This document shows positions 1 to 10,002 of a stretch of DNA of 64,000 nucleotides, one piece after another. The translations under genes and the position numbers were made by a program. Every line of letters begins with the position of its first letter. Positions within the stretch are counted from its first letter, which is position 1. The DNA comes from Actinobacteria bacterium UBA959 (GTDB lineage Bacteria > Actinomycetota > Actinomycetes > S36-B12 > UBA5976): positions 24,590 through 88,589 of the forward strand of contig DBCL01000015.1 of NCBI GenBank assembly GCA_002293025.1, read 5' to 3'. The notes beneath the pieces were generated by a model. It was not told where the DNA came from. It saw only the letters and a list, made by a program, of their open reading frames with translations, and made no database searches.

Positions 1-1
1 T

Positions 2-160
2 TCTCCAATCGAGATGTTGGCTGAACCTATCGAAGCTTTACTTTACTTAACTGGTCGATCAAACCATTATCAAGCAGATAAGGCCAAAATTGTGAATGTT
101 GAATTTGATGGAGCTCCAGCCGCGCTTGCAGCATTTGGCCGAATTAAGTTTGGGCTTTAG
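2..160 (+). CDS. 3' end of a CDS cut by the window edge; hypothetical protein (last 52 codons)
   Basis: Hand translation: frame 2 is open from the window edge to TAG at 158-160 (...[45 protein letters not shown]). It is absent from the ORF track because it has no start in the window. Its stop overlaps the hisF stop (TTAG). Too short to assign a family. Confidence 0.35.
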   Translation, partial: SPIEMLAEPIEALLYLTGRSNHYQADKAKIVNVEFDGAPAALAAFGRIKFGL

Positions 161-921
161 TTTCTTACTAAACAGTTAGCCGACTTGAGAGATTGTTTAA
201 CCTCAGAAATTGTAATTTGATTAAAATGAAAAACACTTGCTGCCAATACAGCATCTGCTCCTGCCAATACTGCAGAAACGAAATCAATAATATTTCCAGC
301 ACCACCAGAAGCAATGAGTGGCAAATTGGTGATTTCTCTAATTGTCGAGATTAGCTCAATATCGAATCCTTTGCCTGTGCCATCATGATCCATTGAATTG
401 ATAAGTACTTCTCCTATGCCGTGCTTTGAAGCTGTGGCGATCCACTCAAGGGCATCCATTCCTGTTGAAACCTTGCCACCATGAGTCGTTAACTCAAAAC
501 CACTCTTTGTTGTCTTACTACGTTTGATGTCAGCGCTAAGCACTATAACTTGTGCTCCAAATTTTTGAGATATCTCAGCAAGCAAGAGTGGATTCTTGAT
601 TGCAGCAGTGTTTAGAGACACCTTGTCCGCTCCAGCACGAAGCAGTTGGTCAACATCCTCTAACTGCCTTACGCCACCTCCGACGGTTAACGGAATAAAA
701 ATGGTGTCCGCAGTTGCCCGAACAACATCAAGCATGGTAGTTCTGTCTTCCACGCTTGCGCTTATGTCGAGAAATATCAGTTCATCTATTCCTTGATCAC
801 CATATGACTTACTCAACGCAACTGGGTCACCTACGTCACGCAGATTTTCAAAATTAACACCCTTAACCACCCGTCCAGCGTCAACGTCTAGACAGGCGAT
901 CACGCGAGTGGACAAAGGCAT
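157..921 (-). CDS. hisF: Imidazole glycerol phosphate synthase, cyclase subunit HisF
   Basis: 254 aa. [19 protein letters not shown] at the N-terminus and PLIASGGAG...[10 protein letters not shown] at the C-terminus are typical HisF barrel/phosphate-binding signatures. Lies in a his gene run. Confidence 0.95.
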   Translation of the reverse strand: MPLSTRVIACLDVDAGRVVKGVNFENLRDVGDPVALSKSYGDQGIDELIFLDISASVEDRTTMLDVVRATADTIFIPLTVGGGVRQLEDVDQLLRAGADKVSLNTAAIKNPLLLAEISQKFGAQVIVLSADIKRSKTTKSGFELTTHGGKVSTGMDALEWIATASKHGIGEVLINSMDHDGTGKGFDIELISTIREITNLPLIASGGAGNIIDFVSAVLAGADAVLAASVFHFNQITISEVKQSLKSANCLVRN

Positions 922-982
922 GCTCCAAGGGTATTCGCGTGTACCCGCCAGTTAGCCGACCCCACGCTACGCTCTCGTTCTT

Positions 983-1363
983 ATGGAACACAAACCGCCA
1001 GCACGCTTAGGTCCTGGCCGATATGTGGCATTAACCACGTATGAAAAAGACGGAAGTCCTGTTACCGCTCGAGTTTGGGCCACAAAGGTAGGGGGCCTTG
1101 AGTATGTGGTTGTTGATTCGCATGCTGGCAAAGTAAGGCGCATTCTCAATAATCCGTTAGTAAACGTTGCTAGATGCAATCATGATGGATCCACTGCAAG
1201 TGATGCAGTGCCAGCGCGTGCTCGAATTTTGGGGCCAGAGTTTACTCGAGTTACCATAAATTGGCTTCAGTTAAGTTATGGCTGGCTTTTTAGAAGTTTG
1301 ATGAAAGTGGAACGCGGCAAAATAGAGAAGAAAGTTGTAATAGCTATCAAGTTATCGAGTTAA
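983..1363 (+). CDS. PPOX-fold (pyridoxamine 5'-phosphate oxidase-like, FMN/F420-binding split-barrel) small protein
   Basis: 126 aa. [22 protein letters not shown]...[25 protein letters not shown] resembles actinobacterial PPOX-class proteins (recall only). The 3' end overlaps hisA by 12 nt (convergent). Confidence 0.5.
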   Translation: MEHKPPARLGPGRYVALTTYEKDGSPVTARVWATKVGGLEYVVVDSHAGKVRRILNNPLVNVARCNHDGSTASDAVPARARILGPEFTRVTINWLQLSYGWLFRSLMKVERGKIEKKVVIAIKLSS

Positions 1364-2068
1364 TTCCAGTGCTTCAGCCAAAGTAAATTTCTGTGCATAG
1401 AGAGCCTTTCCAACAATTGCTCCTTCAACTCCGACGATCTGCTTAAGACTGATTAAATCTTTTAGTGATGAAATTCCGCCAGAAGCAATAACCGGTTTTT
1501 GAGTTTCTGCACAAACTCGATTCAGAAGTTCTAAATTCGGGCCATTGAGAGTTCCATCTTTAGTTACATCAGTCACCACATACCTGCTACATCCTGCGCG
1601 CTCTAACCTATCTAATACCTCCCAGATATTTCCACCATCTTGCACCCAGCCTCTGGCAGCCAATGTTTCGCCACGGACATCCAAGCCAACAGCTATTTGA
1701 TCTCCGTACTCTTGAATGGCATGACTAGTCCATTCTGGATCCTCCAAGGCTGCTGTTCCAAGATTTACCCGATTACAGCCTGTACTTAAAGCTGCCTTCA
1801 AAGATGTCTCATCGCGAATTCCACCTGACAATTCCACCTGCATAGAAACAGACTCAACAACTTCTTTAAGCAAATTAAAGTTATTTCCCCTACCAAATGC
1901 TGCATCAAGATCAACTAGATGCAGCCAAGTTGCGCCCGCTTCTTGAAAAGCAAGTGCCTGATCTAGCGGAGATCCATAATTAGTTTCGGTGCCAGCAACG
2001 CCTTGTACTAACCGCACTGCCTTGCCATCAGCCACATCAACTGCTGGAAGCAGAATTAATGAGTTCAT
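1352..2068 (-). CDS. hisA: Phosphoribosyl isomerase HisA (actinobacterial PriA-type, possibly bifunctional HisA/TrpF)
   Basis: 238 aa. [26 protein letters not shown] and VIASGGISS motifs. ATGA-type overlap with hisH upstream. Confidence 0.9.
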   Translation of the reverse strand: MNSLILLPAVDVADGKAVRLVQGVAGTETNYGSPLDQALAFQEAGATWLHLVDLDAAFGRGNNFNLLKEVVESVSMQVELSGGIRDETSLKAALSTGCNRVNLGTAALEDPEWTSHAIQEYGDQIAVGLDVRGETLAARGWVQDGGNIWEVLDRLERAGCSRYVVTDVTKDGTLNGPNLELLNRVCAETQKPVIASGGISSLKDLISLKQIVGVEGAIVGKALYAQKFTLAEALELTR

Positions 2069-2694
2069 TGAATACTCATTAGCCAGTTTTCCAAGAGATG
2101 CAAACCAGCATCCCCAGACTTCTCTGGGTGGAACTGAACAGCTGAAAGAGGTCCATTCTCAATAGCAGACACAAATTCGCTTCCATGCACAGTTTTATGA
2201 ATTTTTGGAGATTGAAAAGGTGGTTCTACGGTCGACTTAAATGTCTGAACTGCATAACTATGAACAAAATAAAAATCTGAATCCTCTATTCCTGCAAATA
2301 AACTACTGCCACTATCTACTTTAACCTGGTTCCAACCCATGTGCGGCACTCGCGGGGACTCTAACTTTGTGACAATTCCTGGTAATTGATCTAGGCCGTG
2401 AGTTTCCTCACCACCTTCAATACCTGAACTAAATAGCATCTGCATACCAACACAAACTCCAAGTACTGGCAAATTCCTGGCCAATCGCTGATCAATAACT
2501 TTGTCCGCACCCATTTTTATCACTGCCTCAACACAGTGAGCAAAAGCCCCAACTCCAGGCACAACTAAACCGTCTGCATTCTTTGCCAAAGTTAGATCAG
2601 AGCTCACTTGAACTGTTGCCCCAACATGCTCTAAAGCCCTTTGTGCAGATCTCAAATTACCTGAGCCGTAATCCAGTACAACGACTGATGTCAC
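2065..2694 (-). CDS. hisH: Imidazole glycerol phosphate synthase, glutamine amidotransferase subunit HisH
   Basis: 209 aa. [13 protein letters not shown], the class-I GATase nucleophile motif GVCVGMQ, and VQFHPEKS. Confidence 0.93.
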   Translation of the reverse strand: MTSVVVLDYGSGNLRSAQRALEHVGATVQVSSDLTLAKNADGLVVPGVGAFAHCVEAVIKMGADKVIDQRLARNLPVLGVCVGMQMLFSSGIEGGEETHGLDQLPGIVTKLESPRVPHMGWNQVKVDSGSSLFAGIEDSDFYFVHSYAVQTFKSTVEPPFQSPKIHKTVHGSEFVSAIENGPLSAVQFHPEKSGDAGLHLLENWLMSIQ

Positions 2695-3281
2695 AAACTG
2701 CCTTTAGTGGATGGAATGCCACTGGATCGACTATCTAAAGCTACGGCTTGCTTAAGCGCTCGCCCAAATCCTTTACATTGCGCTTCTACAATGTGATGAC
2801 TGTTGCGCCCACTTAATAATCTGATGTGTAGGCATATTTTGGCCTCCGCCACAATTGATTCAAAAACATGCTTTGTCATAGTTGTGTCGTAGGTACCAAT
2901 TAGCTCCACCATATTTGGTTCTTCATGCACACAATACGGTCTGCCACTTAGGTCAACTACAACTTGCGCTAACGCCTCATCTAATGGGATCAAAGCTGAT
3001 CCAAACCTGGTAATCCCTGATTTATCCCCTAAAGCTTTCCCTAGTGCCTCACCAAATGCCAAAGCAGTGTCCTCAATGCTGTGGTGTGAATCAACCTCAA
3101 CGTCGCCATCTGTTTGAACAACCAGATCTAGCGAGCCGTGTTTAGCAATCTGCTCCAACATGTGATCAAAAAATCCAATTCCAGTGTGGATTTGGGAAAT
3201 ACCAGTTCCATCAAGATCCAGCTCAAGATGAACCTTGGTCTCCTTAGTTACTCGATCAACGATTGCTTTGCGGGACATCAA
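2691..3281 (-). CDS. hisB: Imidazoleglycerol-phosphate dehydratase HisB
   Basis: 196 aa. GIGFFDHML, DSHHSIEDTALAFGEAL and GRNSHHIVEAQCKGFGRAL metal-binding His motifs. Confidence 0.93.
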   Translation of the reverse strand: MMSRKAIVDRVTKETKVHLELDLDGTGISQIHTGIGFFDHMLEQIAKHGSLDLVVQTDGDVEVDSHHSIEDTALAFGEALGKALGDKSGITRFGSALIPLDEALAQVVVDLSGRPYCVHEEPNMVELIGTYDTTMTKHVFESIVAEAKICLHIRLLSGRNSHHIVEAQCKGFGRALKQAVALDSRSSGIPSTKGSL

Positions 3282-4369
3282 GTCTCCTTAGGTGAAGTTG
3301 GAACAATTTTACTTAACTCCGCCAGGAATTTGGTTGTTTCAGCCTCAGTTCCAGCCGTGACTCTTAACCACTTCTCAATTCCAACATCACGGATGAGCAC
3401 TCCACGGTCAGCCAACTTGCGCCAAACCTCATGATTATCGGCAAACTCGCCAAAAAGCACGAAGTTTGCAGAACTTGGAGCAACCTTGAGCCCTAGGTGG
3501 ATTAGCCCTTTTTCAATTCGCTCTCGCTGAACAATGATGGCCTTAACCTGTTCGGCTAATTGCGATTGATGTTTTAAAGCAACCAGGCCAGCGGCTTGGG
3601 TGAGAGCAGACAAGTGATATGGAAGACGCACCAATGATATTGAATCAATAACATCTTTAGAGGCCACTAAATAACCAATTCGCACACCAGCTAGCGCAAA
3701 TGCTTTACTCATGGTTCTTACTACTAAAAGTCTTGGTAACTGTTCTAGCAAGGTAATAGCTGAAACATCCTCTGAAAACTCTGCATAAGCTTCATCAACA
3801 ACAACAATCCCTTGAATATGGTCATGAACTTCCTTGATCAACTGCAAGGATGTTTTGGTTCCAGTTGGATTATTTGGCGTACAGATAAAAACAATGTCCG
3901 AATTCTTTTCTAATTTAGATAAGGAGCTGGAGTCAATCTCAAATGATTCATTGCGAGGAATTGATTTCCAATCTGTACATGTTGTCTGGGCAATTAATTC
4001 ATGAACCGAGTAAGAAGGGACAAATCCAACAGCTAACCGGTCAGGGCCTCCAAATAACTGACAAATTTGTTGCAAAATCTCATTGGATCCATTAGCAGCC
4101 CAAACTTGCCCTGGATCAATGGCAGTACTTGCAGAGCTAGAGATGTAACTTGCTAGTTCTGCTCTAAGGGAAATCGCATCACGATCTGGATAGCGATTTA
4201 GATTTGTGGCTATTCCTGAAATTGCAGATGATAAATCTTGCATGAATAAATCGCTGAGGGGAAATGGATTCTCATTCGTATTTAACTGGACTGGTAAATT
4301 CAGCTGTGGCGCCCCGTAGGCAGTTCTACCAGCCAGGTCTTTGCGAATAGGTAATTCGTTTGACATCAC
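3278..4369 (-). CDS. hisC: Histidinol-phosphate aminotransferase HisC
   Basis: 363 aa. LNTNENPFP, PNNPTG and RTMSKAFALAGVRIGY (PLP lysine). Overlaps hisD and hisB by 4 nt. Confidence 0.9.
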   Translation of the reverse strand: MMSNELPIRKDLAGRTAYGAPQLNLPVQLNTNENPFPLSDLFMQDLSSAISGIATNLNRYPDRDAISLRAELASYISSSASTAIDPGQVWAANGSNEILQQICQLFGGPDRLAVGFVPSYSVHELIAQTTCTDWKSIPRNESFEIDSSSLSKLEKNSDIVFICTPNNPTGTKTSLQLIKEVHDHIQGIVVVDEAYAEFSEDVSAITLLEQLPRLLVVRTMSKAFALAGVRIGYLVASKDVIDSISLVRLPYHLSALTQAAGLVALKHQSQLAEQVKAIIVQRERIEKGLIHLGLKVAPSSANFVLFGEFADNHEVWRKLADRGVLIRDVGIEKWLRVTAGTEAETTKFLAELSKIVPTSPKET

Positions 4370-5670
4370 TGATCGTCAAATCTCTTAGAGATTGCTTGCC
4401 AATGAGCAGGTAAATCTTCAGTCTCGGCCAAACTTTTAATCAGTGGTGCAGCGTTAAGTAATGCATCTTGATCGTATTCCACCAAAGTAACCATCTTTAA
4501 AAATGTACTTGTTCCAAGCCCAGATGAGTGGCACGCACATCCACCCGTTGGTAAAACATGATTAGACCCTGCCAAATAATCTCCAAGGGAGACCGGAGAG
4601 TAAGGGCCAACAAAGATTGCGCCAGCGTTCTTCACGCGTCTAGCAACTTCTTGTGGTGCTGCTGTATGAATTTCTAGGTGCTCAGCAGCGTACGCATCAA
4701 CAACTTTCAACCCTTGCTCAATCGTGTCTACTAAAACTATCCCAGATTGATTGCCAGCCAGAGCTTGCCTAATTCGATCCTGATGTTTAGTTCTGGATAC
4801 CTGTTGGTCGAGTTCAGCTAAAACTGCATTAGCCAAATTTCGCGAGGTAGTAACCAAAACACTAGCAGCAATTACATCGTGTTCAGCTTGTGAGATTAAG
4901 TCCGCTGCAATAAATTTTGCATTACCGGATTCATCTGCCAATATTGCAACCTCTGTTGGTCCAGCTTCCGAATCGATACCAATCAATCCTTGCAGGGCGC
5001 GTTTCGCAGCAGTCACGTAGATGTTTCCAGGTCCAGTAATTAGATCAACTGGGTCACAACCAATTCCGTAAGCAGCCATCGCAATAGCTTGTGCTCCGCC
5101 AACTGAGTAAATCTCTGTAACTCCAAGCAAATGTGCTGCAGCTAAAACGGATGGGTGCGGCCAGCCATTATTTTCCCGGCTAGGTGGACTCATAATCATC
5201 ATTGAAACAACACCTGCTACCAGTGCTGGAACCACATTCATGACAACACTTGATGGATATGCACCTCGCCCACCTGGAACGTACAAACCTACTCGATTGA
5301 TTGCAATCCATTGATTTGTTACTTTCCCACCAGGCACTACCTCGGTGACCGGACTCATTGGCACCTGGTTTCTGTGAACTAATTCAACACGTTTCTTAGC
5401 TTCTGATAATGCTTCAATGAATTTCTGGTCTGCCGAATCGAAAGAAGATTTAATGACATCCTGTGGCACACGCAACGTGATTGGGGCAATTCCATCTAGT
5501 TGTGCACAAATCTCCAGAATTTCTCTTTCACCACCAATGCGCACCTTTTGAATAATCTCTTCAGCGACCGGCATCACAGATTTAACATCAATAACTCCGC
5601 GCGGCAGCAAAGCCCTATCAATTGGTCCATTGGACCAATTGGAGCCAGTGAGGTCGATTTGACGCATCAT
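4366..5670 (-). CDS. hisD: Histidinol dehydrogenase HisD
   Basis: 434 aa. GPGNIYVTAAKR, SQAEHD and GDYLAGSNHVLPTGG motifs. First gene of the his run. Confidence 0.93.
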   Translation of the reverse strand: MMRQIDLTGSNWSNGPIDRALLPRGVIDVKSVMPVAEEIIQKVRIGGEREILEICAQLDGIAPITLRVPQDVIKSSFDSADQKFIEALSEAKKRVELVHRNQVPMSPVTEVVPGGKVTNQWIAINRVGLYVPGGRGAYPSSVVMNVVPALVAGVVSMMIMSPPSRENNGWPHPSVLAAAHLLGVTEIYSVGGAQAIAMAAYGIGCDPVDLITGPGNIYVTAAKRALQGLIGIDSEAGPTEVAILADESGNAKFIAADLISQAEHDVIAASVLVTTSRNLANAVLAELDQQVSRTKHQDRIRQALAGNQSGIVLVDTIEQGLKVVDAYAAEHLEIHTAAPQEVARRVKNAGAIFVGPYSPVSLGDYLAGSNHVLPTGGCACHSSGLGTSTFLKMVTLVEYDQDALLNAAPLIKSLAETEDLPAHWQAISKRFDDQ

Positions 5671-5705
5671 GCGGCTAATCCTAAGAGCAATAGGCTTGGC
5701 CAGTT

Positions 5706-6389
5706 ATGAGTGAGCAATTTGAGTCGGGTAGCGCTTCCCAGATGCGAATTCCCCTATTCCCACTGAACACCGTCTTGGTGCCTGGGTTAGTTATGCCTTT
5801 GAGGCTTTTTGAGCCAAGGTATCTTCTTTTGGCTGAAACTTTAATGGAGTATGAAGAAAGTGATCGCTATTTTGGAATAGTTAAATCGATAGCTAAACCA
5901 AGCCCAGAGATAGAACTAACTATTCATACTGTTGGCACTATTGCTCAAGTTCAGTCCATAAAATCAAATGATGATGGCGAGTTTGAATTGGTTGCTGTTG
6001 GATCAAGAAGATTTCGAATTCTAGAGCTGCACCAAGATTTAATGTACCTAACTGCAGATGTTGAACTTTATCCAGAGGAATCAACAACTGAGATGGTCGA
6101 TCCACTTTTACTCAAAGATACCCTTGACGTCTTTGACAAGTACCGAGAAGTTCTTGGTGTCAGTCTTGGATCTGAAAGTACGATGCCAGATGACCCACAC
6201 ATTGTCTCTTATTTGATCACAGCAGCCGCAATGCTTACTTTGGATGAGCGCCAATTACTGCTTGAGATACTTAGCACAGATATGAGATTAAGAGAGATTA
6301 GAAGAATTCTCAAAAGGGAGAACGCAATTCTAAAACAAGTTAGGTGTTTTCCAACTTTTGAACCAACAGATGACTTTTCACTTAATTAA
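5706..6389 (+). CDS. LON N-terminal (substrate-binding) domain protein
   Basis: 227 aa. IPLFPLNTVLVPGLVMPLRLFEPRYLLL is the LON/PUA-like N-domain opening motif. No ATPase or protease domain. The start could also be Met13 (5742). Confidence 0.6.
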   Translation: MSEQFESGSASQMRIPLFPLNTVLVPGLVMPLRLFEPRYLLLAETLMEYEESDRYFGIVKSIAKPSPEIELTIHTVGTIAQVQSIKSNDDGEFELVAVGSRRFRILELHQDLMYLTADVELYPEESTTEMVDPLLLKDTLDVFDKYREVLGVSLGSESTMPDDPHIVSYLITAAAMLTLDERQLLLEILSTDMRLREIRRILKRENAILKQVRCFPTFEPTDDFSLN

Positions 6390-9300
6390 CTAAAGTTTTG
6401 GGTGGGGTGAGGCAGCTTGGGCCAAGAAGCTGCTTGAGATCTCCATAAAGTCCAGGATTTACCGAAACCCTTAAATTCGCATCGAGTTGTAACAAAGTAC
6501 TGTGGTCGGCATGCTGAACTTCGATTTGAACTTCAGTTGTACCTGGATGATTACTTAGAATGTTTTTCAACTTCTCTACCAGAGGTGGAACAACTCGTTG
6601 TGCAGGCAGATATAGCCGAAGTGCTCCTAGGGGGATCTCCATCATCTGTGGAATGTTTATATCTAAACCAACGAATCTAGGTGTCTCTTCTTCCTTTCGT
6701 TCCATACGTCCCCGAACTGTAATTATGGAATCTTGACCAAGCAGGGCCCCATAATTCGAATAAGTCTGTGGGAAAATCATGACATCTAGCATTCCGTCCA
6801 AGGACTCTAAGTTCAAGATGCACCAGGATGCACCTTGCTTAGTCACTTTGCGCTGAATTGCTGAAACCATACCAGTAATGTTCAAGGTTCTATTCTCGTA
6901 ACTCTCTTCTGTTAAGAGATCTGCAATAGAAACATCACTATTTGCATTGATGATGTGTTCCAAACCAAATAGTGGATGATCACTTACATATAGTCCAAGC
7001 ATTTCTCGCTCAAAACTCAATAGTGTTGACTTCTCCCACTCATCCATAATTGGAACATTTATCACTGAATGACCTGCTGTGGGTTGGGACACTCCCCCGA
7101 ATAGATCAAACTGGCCAACTGCTTCAGCGCGTTTGGTATCAGAGACTGCATCAACGGCCTCCAAGTGGATACTAAACAAAGACCTTCTGGTGTGATTTAG
7201 TGAATCAAATGCTCCAGCTTTGACAAGTGCTTCAAGTACGCGCTTATTGCAAACTGATAATTCAATCTTGTCTAAGAAATCGGCAAAAGAGGTAAATAAC
7301 CCTTTACTTATTCGGCTGCGCACAATACTTTCAACTACCCCTTCACCAACGTTTCTAACTGCCGACAAGCCAAATCGCACATCTACACCAACAGGAGTGA
7401 AGTTGACATCTGAATAATTAACATCTGGTGCTAATACTTTTACGCCCATTCGTCTTGCTTCATTTAGATAAATCGCTAGCTTGTCTTTATCGTCCTTGAT
7501 ACTCGTCAACAGGGCTGCCATGTATTCAGATGGATAATTAGCTTTTAGATAGGCTGTCCAGTATGAAATCAATCCATACCCTGCAGAGTGAGCTTTGTTA
7601 AACGCATAATCACTAAAAGGAACCAAGATCTCCCATAGCTTCTTAATTGAAGCTTCTGAGAATCCCCGCTCGCGCATTCCAGCGTGGAATGGTTCAAACT
7701 CTTTCTCTAGTTTCTCTTTGTCTTTCTTGCCCATTGCCCGTCGCAATAAATCTGCTCCACCAAGGGTGTAACCAGCTAGTTTTTGAGCGATAGCCATAAC
7801 TTGCTCTTGATAGACAATTACTCCGTAAGTTTCACCAAGTATGTCGGCAAGCGGCTCTTCCAACTCTTTACTAATTGGTTTAATTGCTTCCCGTCCATTT
7901 TTCCTATTTGCATAAGCCACGTGTGCGTCCGCGCCCATCGGCCCCGGGCGATACAAGGCAATTACAGCAGAGATGTCTCCAAATGAATCTGGCTGCAGCA
8001 ATCGCAAGAGCGAGCGCATTGGACCACCATCAAGCTGAAAAACTCCGAGCGTTTCACCTCTGGAGAGCATGGCATAAGTTTCTTTATCATCAAATGGCAG
8101 CTCTTCTAGAACTATTTCCTCTCCTCGGTTTTTCTTAATGTTAATAATGCATTCATCTAAGACAGATAAATTCCTTAATCCCAGGAAGTCCATCTTCAAC
8201 AATCCAAGCGATTCACAGGCGCCCATATCAAATTGGGTGATGATCGATCCATCTTCACGTTTCCAAACGGGAATCACATCCATTAACGGTTCGCGACTTA
8301 AAATAACGCCTGCTGCGTGAACTCCGGGCTGGCGTTTGAGGCCTTCTAGTCCTTTAGCAGTGTCAACCACTGTTTTCATCTCATGGTCAGACTCGTAGGA
8401 ACTGCGGAAATCAGCACCTTCATTAAATCGCTCGTGTGTGCTATCGAAAATCTCTTTCAATGAAACATCTTTACCCATGATTGGCTGTGGCATTAATTTG
8501 GTGATTCGGTCCCCAACTGCATATGGGAAGCCCAGAACTCGGGCAGCATCCTTAACAGCAGCTTTCGCTTTAATGGTTCCATAAGTAACAATCTGTGCAA
8601 CACGATCATCGCCATACTTATCAGTGGCATATCGAATCATTTCGGAACGTCGGCGTTCATCAAAATCGATATCAATATCTGGCATTGAAATTCGCTCTGG
8701 GTTCAAAAATCTTTCGAACAATAGGCCGTGCTTGATTGGATCCAATTCGGTAATACCTAATGCCCAGGCAATGACTGATCCACCAGCAGATCCTCGGCCC
8801 GGCCCTACCCTGATTCCATTTTCAACAGCGTGCCGACATAAGTCAGCTACAACTAAAAAGTAGCCCGGGAATCCCATCTGGGCTACAACTGATATTTCGT
8901 ACTTGGCTTGCTCTACATGAGTATCTAGTGGCTTTCCTTTGAAGCGCTTAAGTAATCCGCGTTCAACTTCTTGGATCAGCCAAGTTTCTTCAGTATGCCC
9001 TGCTGGTACTGGAAATCTTGGTAATAGATCTGCTCCTTCATTAAACTTAACGTGACAACGCGATGCAATTTCTAAAGTATTTGTGATTGCCTCTGGAAAA
9101 TCTTTCCAAACAGCTCGCATTTCATCTGCGGACTTGATGTAGAACTCGCGAGCATCGAATTTGAATCGGTTTGGGTCTGCCATGGTAGTTCGGGTGCCAA
9201 CACACAGCAGCGCTTCGTGGGCATCAGCATCACTCGCGTGCACATAATGCGTATCGTTAGTTGCAAGTAAAGGTAATTTCAGTTCTTTTGCGATCTTTAG

Positions 9301-9921
9301 CAGGTCTTCTCGATGTCGTCGCTCAATTTCAATGCCATGATCCATCAACTCGCAATAGAAATTATCCTTACCAAAAATATCTTGCAGGTTCGCGGCTGTA
9401 GCTTTCGCTTTTGAATATTTCCCAGCCTGCAGCCATCTATTTACCTCACTACTAGGACATCCAGTAGTAGCAATCAACCCTTTTGCATAACTGGTTAGCA
9501 GTTCTTCATCCATGCGGGGTTTGTAGTAATAACCTTCAATACTGGCCAGCGATGAAAGTCTAAAAAGATTGTGCATTCCTTCCGTGGTTTCACTTAATAA
9601 AGTAATGTGGGTATAAGCAGAACTTCCTCTCGCTAATCCTTCAGCAGCATCTTCATTTCCCGAAACTCCAAATTCAAAAGGCTTACGTTGTGATCGCCCT
9701 TGTGGCGCGTAGTAACCTTCCAAACCGATTATTGGATTAATTCCTTGAGCCCGACATTTTGTGTAAAACTCATATGCACCATAAAGATAGCCATGATCAG
9801 TGATTGCAATTGCTGGCATTTTTTGATTTTTGACTTCGTTAACAAGATCGTCTAAGCGCGCCGCCCCATCCAGCATCGAGTACTCGGTGTGCACATGAAG
9901 GTGCACAAATGAGTCGCTCAC
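6382..9921 (-). CDS. dnaE: DNA polymerase III alpha subunit (replicative DnaE1)
   Basis: 1179 aa. PHP domain FVHLHVHTEYSMLDGA, palm PDIDIDF, FNKAHSAGY, and the internal beta-clamp motif QFDLFG. Confidence 0.97.
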   Translation of the reverse strand: MSDSFVHLHVHTEYSMLDGAARLDDLVNEVKNQKMPAIAITDHGYLYGAYEFYTKCRAQGINPIIGLEGYYAPQGRSQRKPFEFGVSGNEDAAEGLARGSSAYTHITLLSETTEGMHNLFRLSSLASIEGYYYKPRMDEELLTSYAKGLIATTGCPSSEVNRWLQAGKYSKAKATAANLQDIFGKDNFYCELMDHGIEIERRHREDLLKIAKELKLPLLATNDTHYVHASDADAHEALLCVGTRTTMADPNRFKFDAREFYIKSADEMRAVWKDFPEAITNTLEIASRCHVKFNEGADLLPRFPVPAGHTEETWLIQEVERGLLKRFKGKPLDTHVEQAKYEISVVAQMGFPGYFLVVADLCRHAVENGIRVGPGRGSAGGSVIAWALGITELDPIKHGLLFERFLNPERISMPDIDIDFDERRRSEMIRYATDKYGDDRVAQIVTYGTIKAKAAVKDAARVLGFPYAVGDRITKLMPQPIMGKDVSLKEIFDSTHERFNEGADFRSSYESDHEMKTVVDTAKGLEGLKRQPGVHAAGVILSREPLMDVIPVWKREDGSIITQFDMGACESLGLLKMDFLGLRNLSVLDECIINIKKNRGEEIVLEELPFDDKETYAMLSRGETLGVFQLDGGPMRSLLRLLQPDSFGDISAVIALYRPGPMGADAHVAYANRKNGREAIKPISKELEEPLADILGETYGVIVYQEQVMAIAQKLAGYTLGGADLLRRAMGKKDKEKLEKEFEPFHAGMRERGFSEASIKKLWEILVPFSDYAFNKAHSAGYGLISYWTAYLKANYPSEYMAALLTSIKDDKDKLAIYLNEARRMGVKVLAPDVNYSDVNFTPVGVDVRFGLSAVRNVGEGVVESIVRSRISKGLFTSFADFLDKIELSVCNKRVLEALVKAGAFDSLNHTRRSLFSIHLEAVDAVSDTKRAEAVGQFDLFGGVSQPTAGHSVINVPIMDEWEKSTLLSFEREMLGLYVSDHPLFGLEHIINANSDVSIADLLTEESYENRTLNITGMVSAIQRKVTKQGASWCILNLESLDGMLDVMIFPQTYSNYGALLGQDSIITVRGRMERKEEETPRFVGLDINIPQMMEIPLGALRLYLPAQRVVPPLVEKLKNILSNHPGTTEVQIEVQHADHSTLLQLDANLRVSVNPGLYGDLKQLLGPSCLTPPKTLVN

Positions 9922-10002
9922 AACAGTCTCCAGGCAGTAATTAAGTGGTCTGAGATTGACACCCTATTCACCCGGGCCCACGAATTCCAACGATAGCCTC
10001 GC

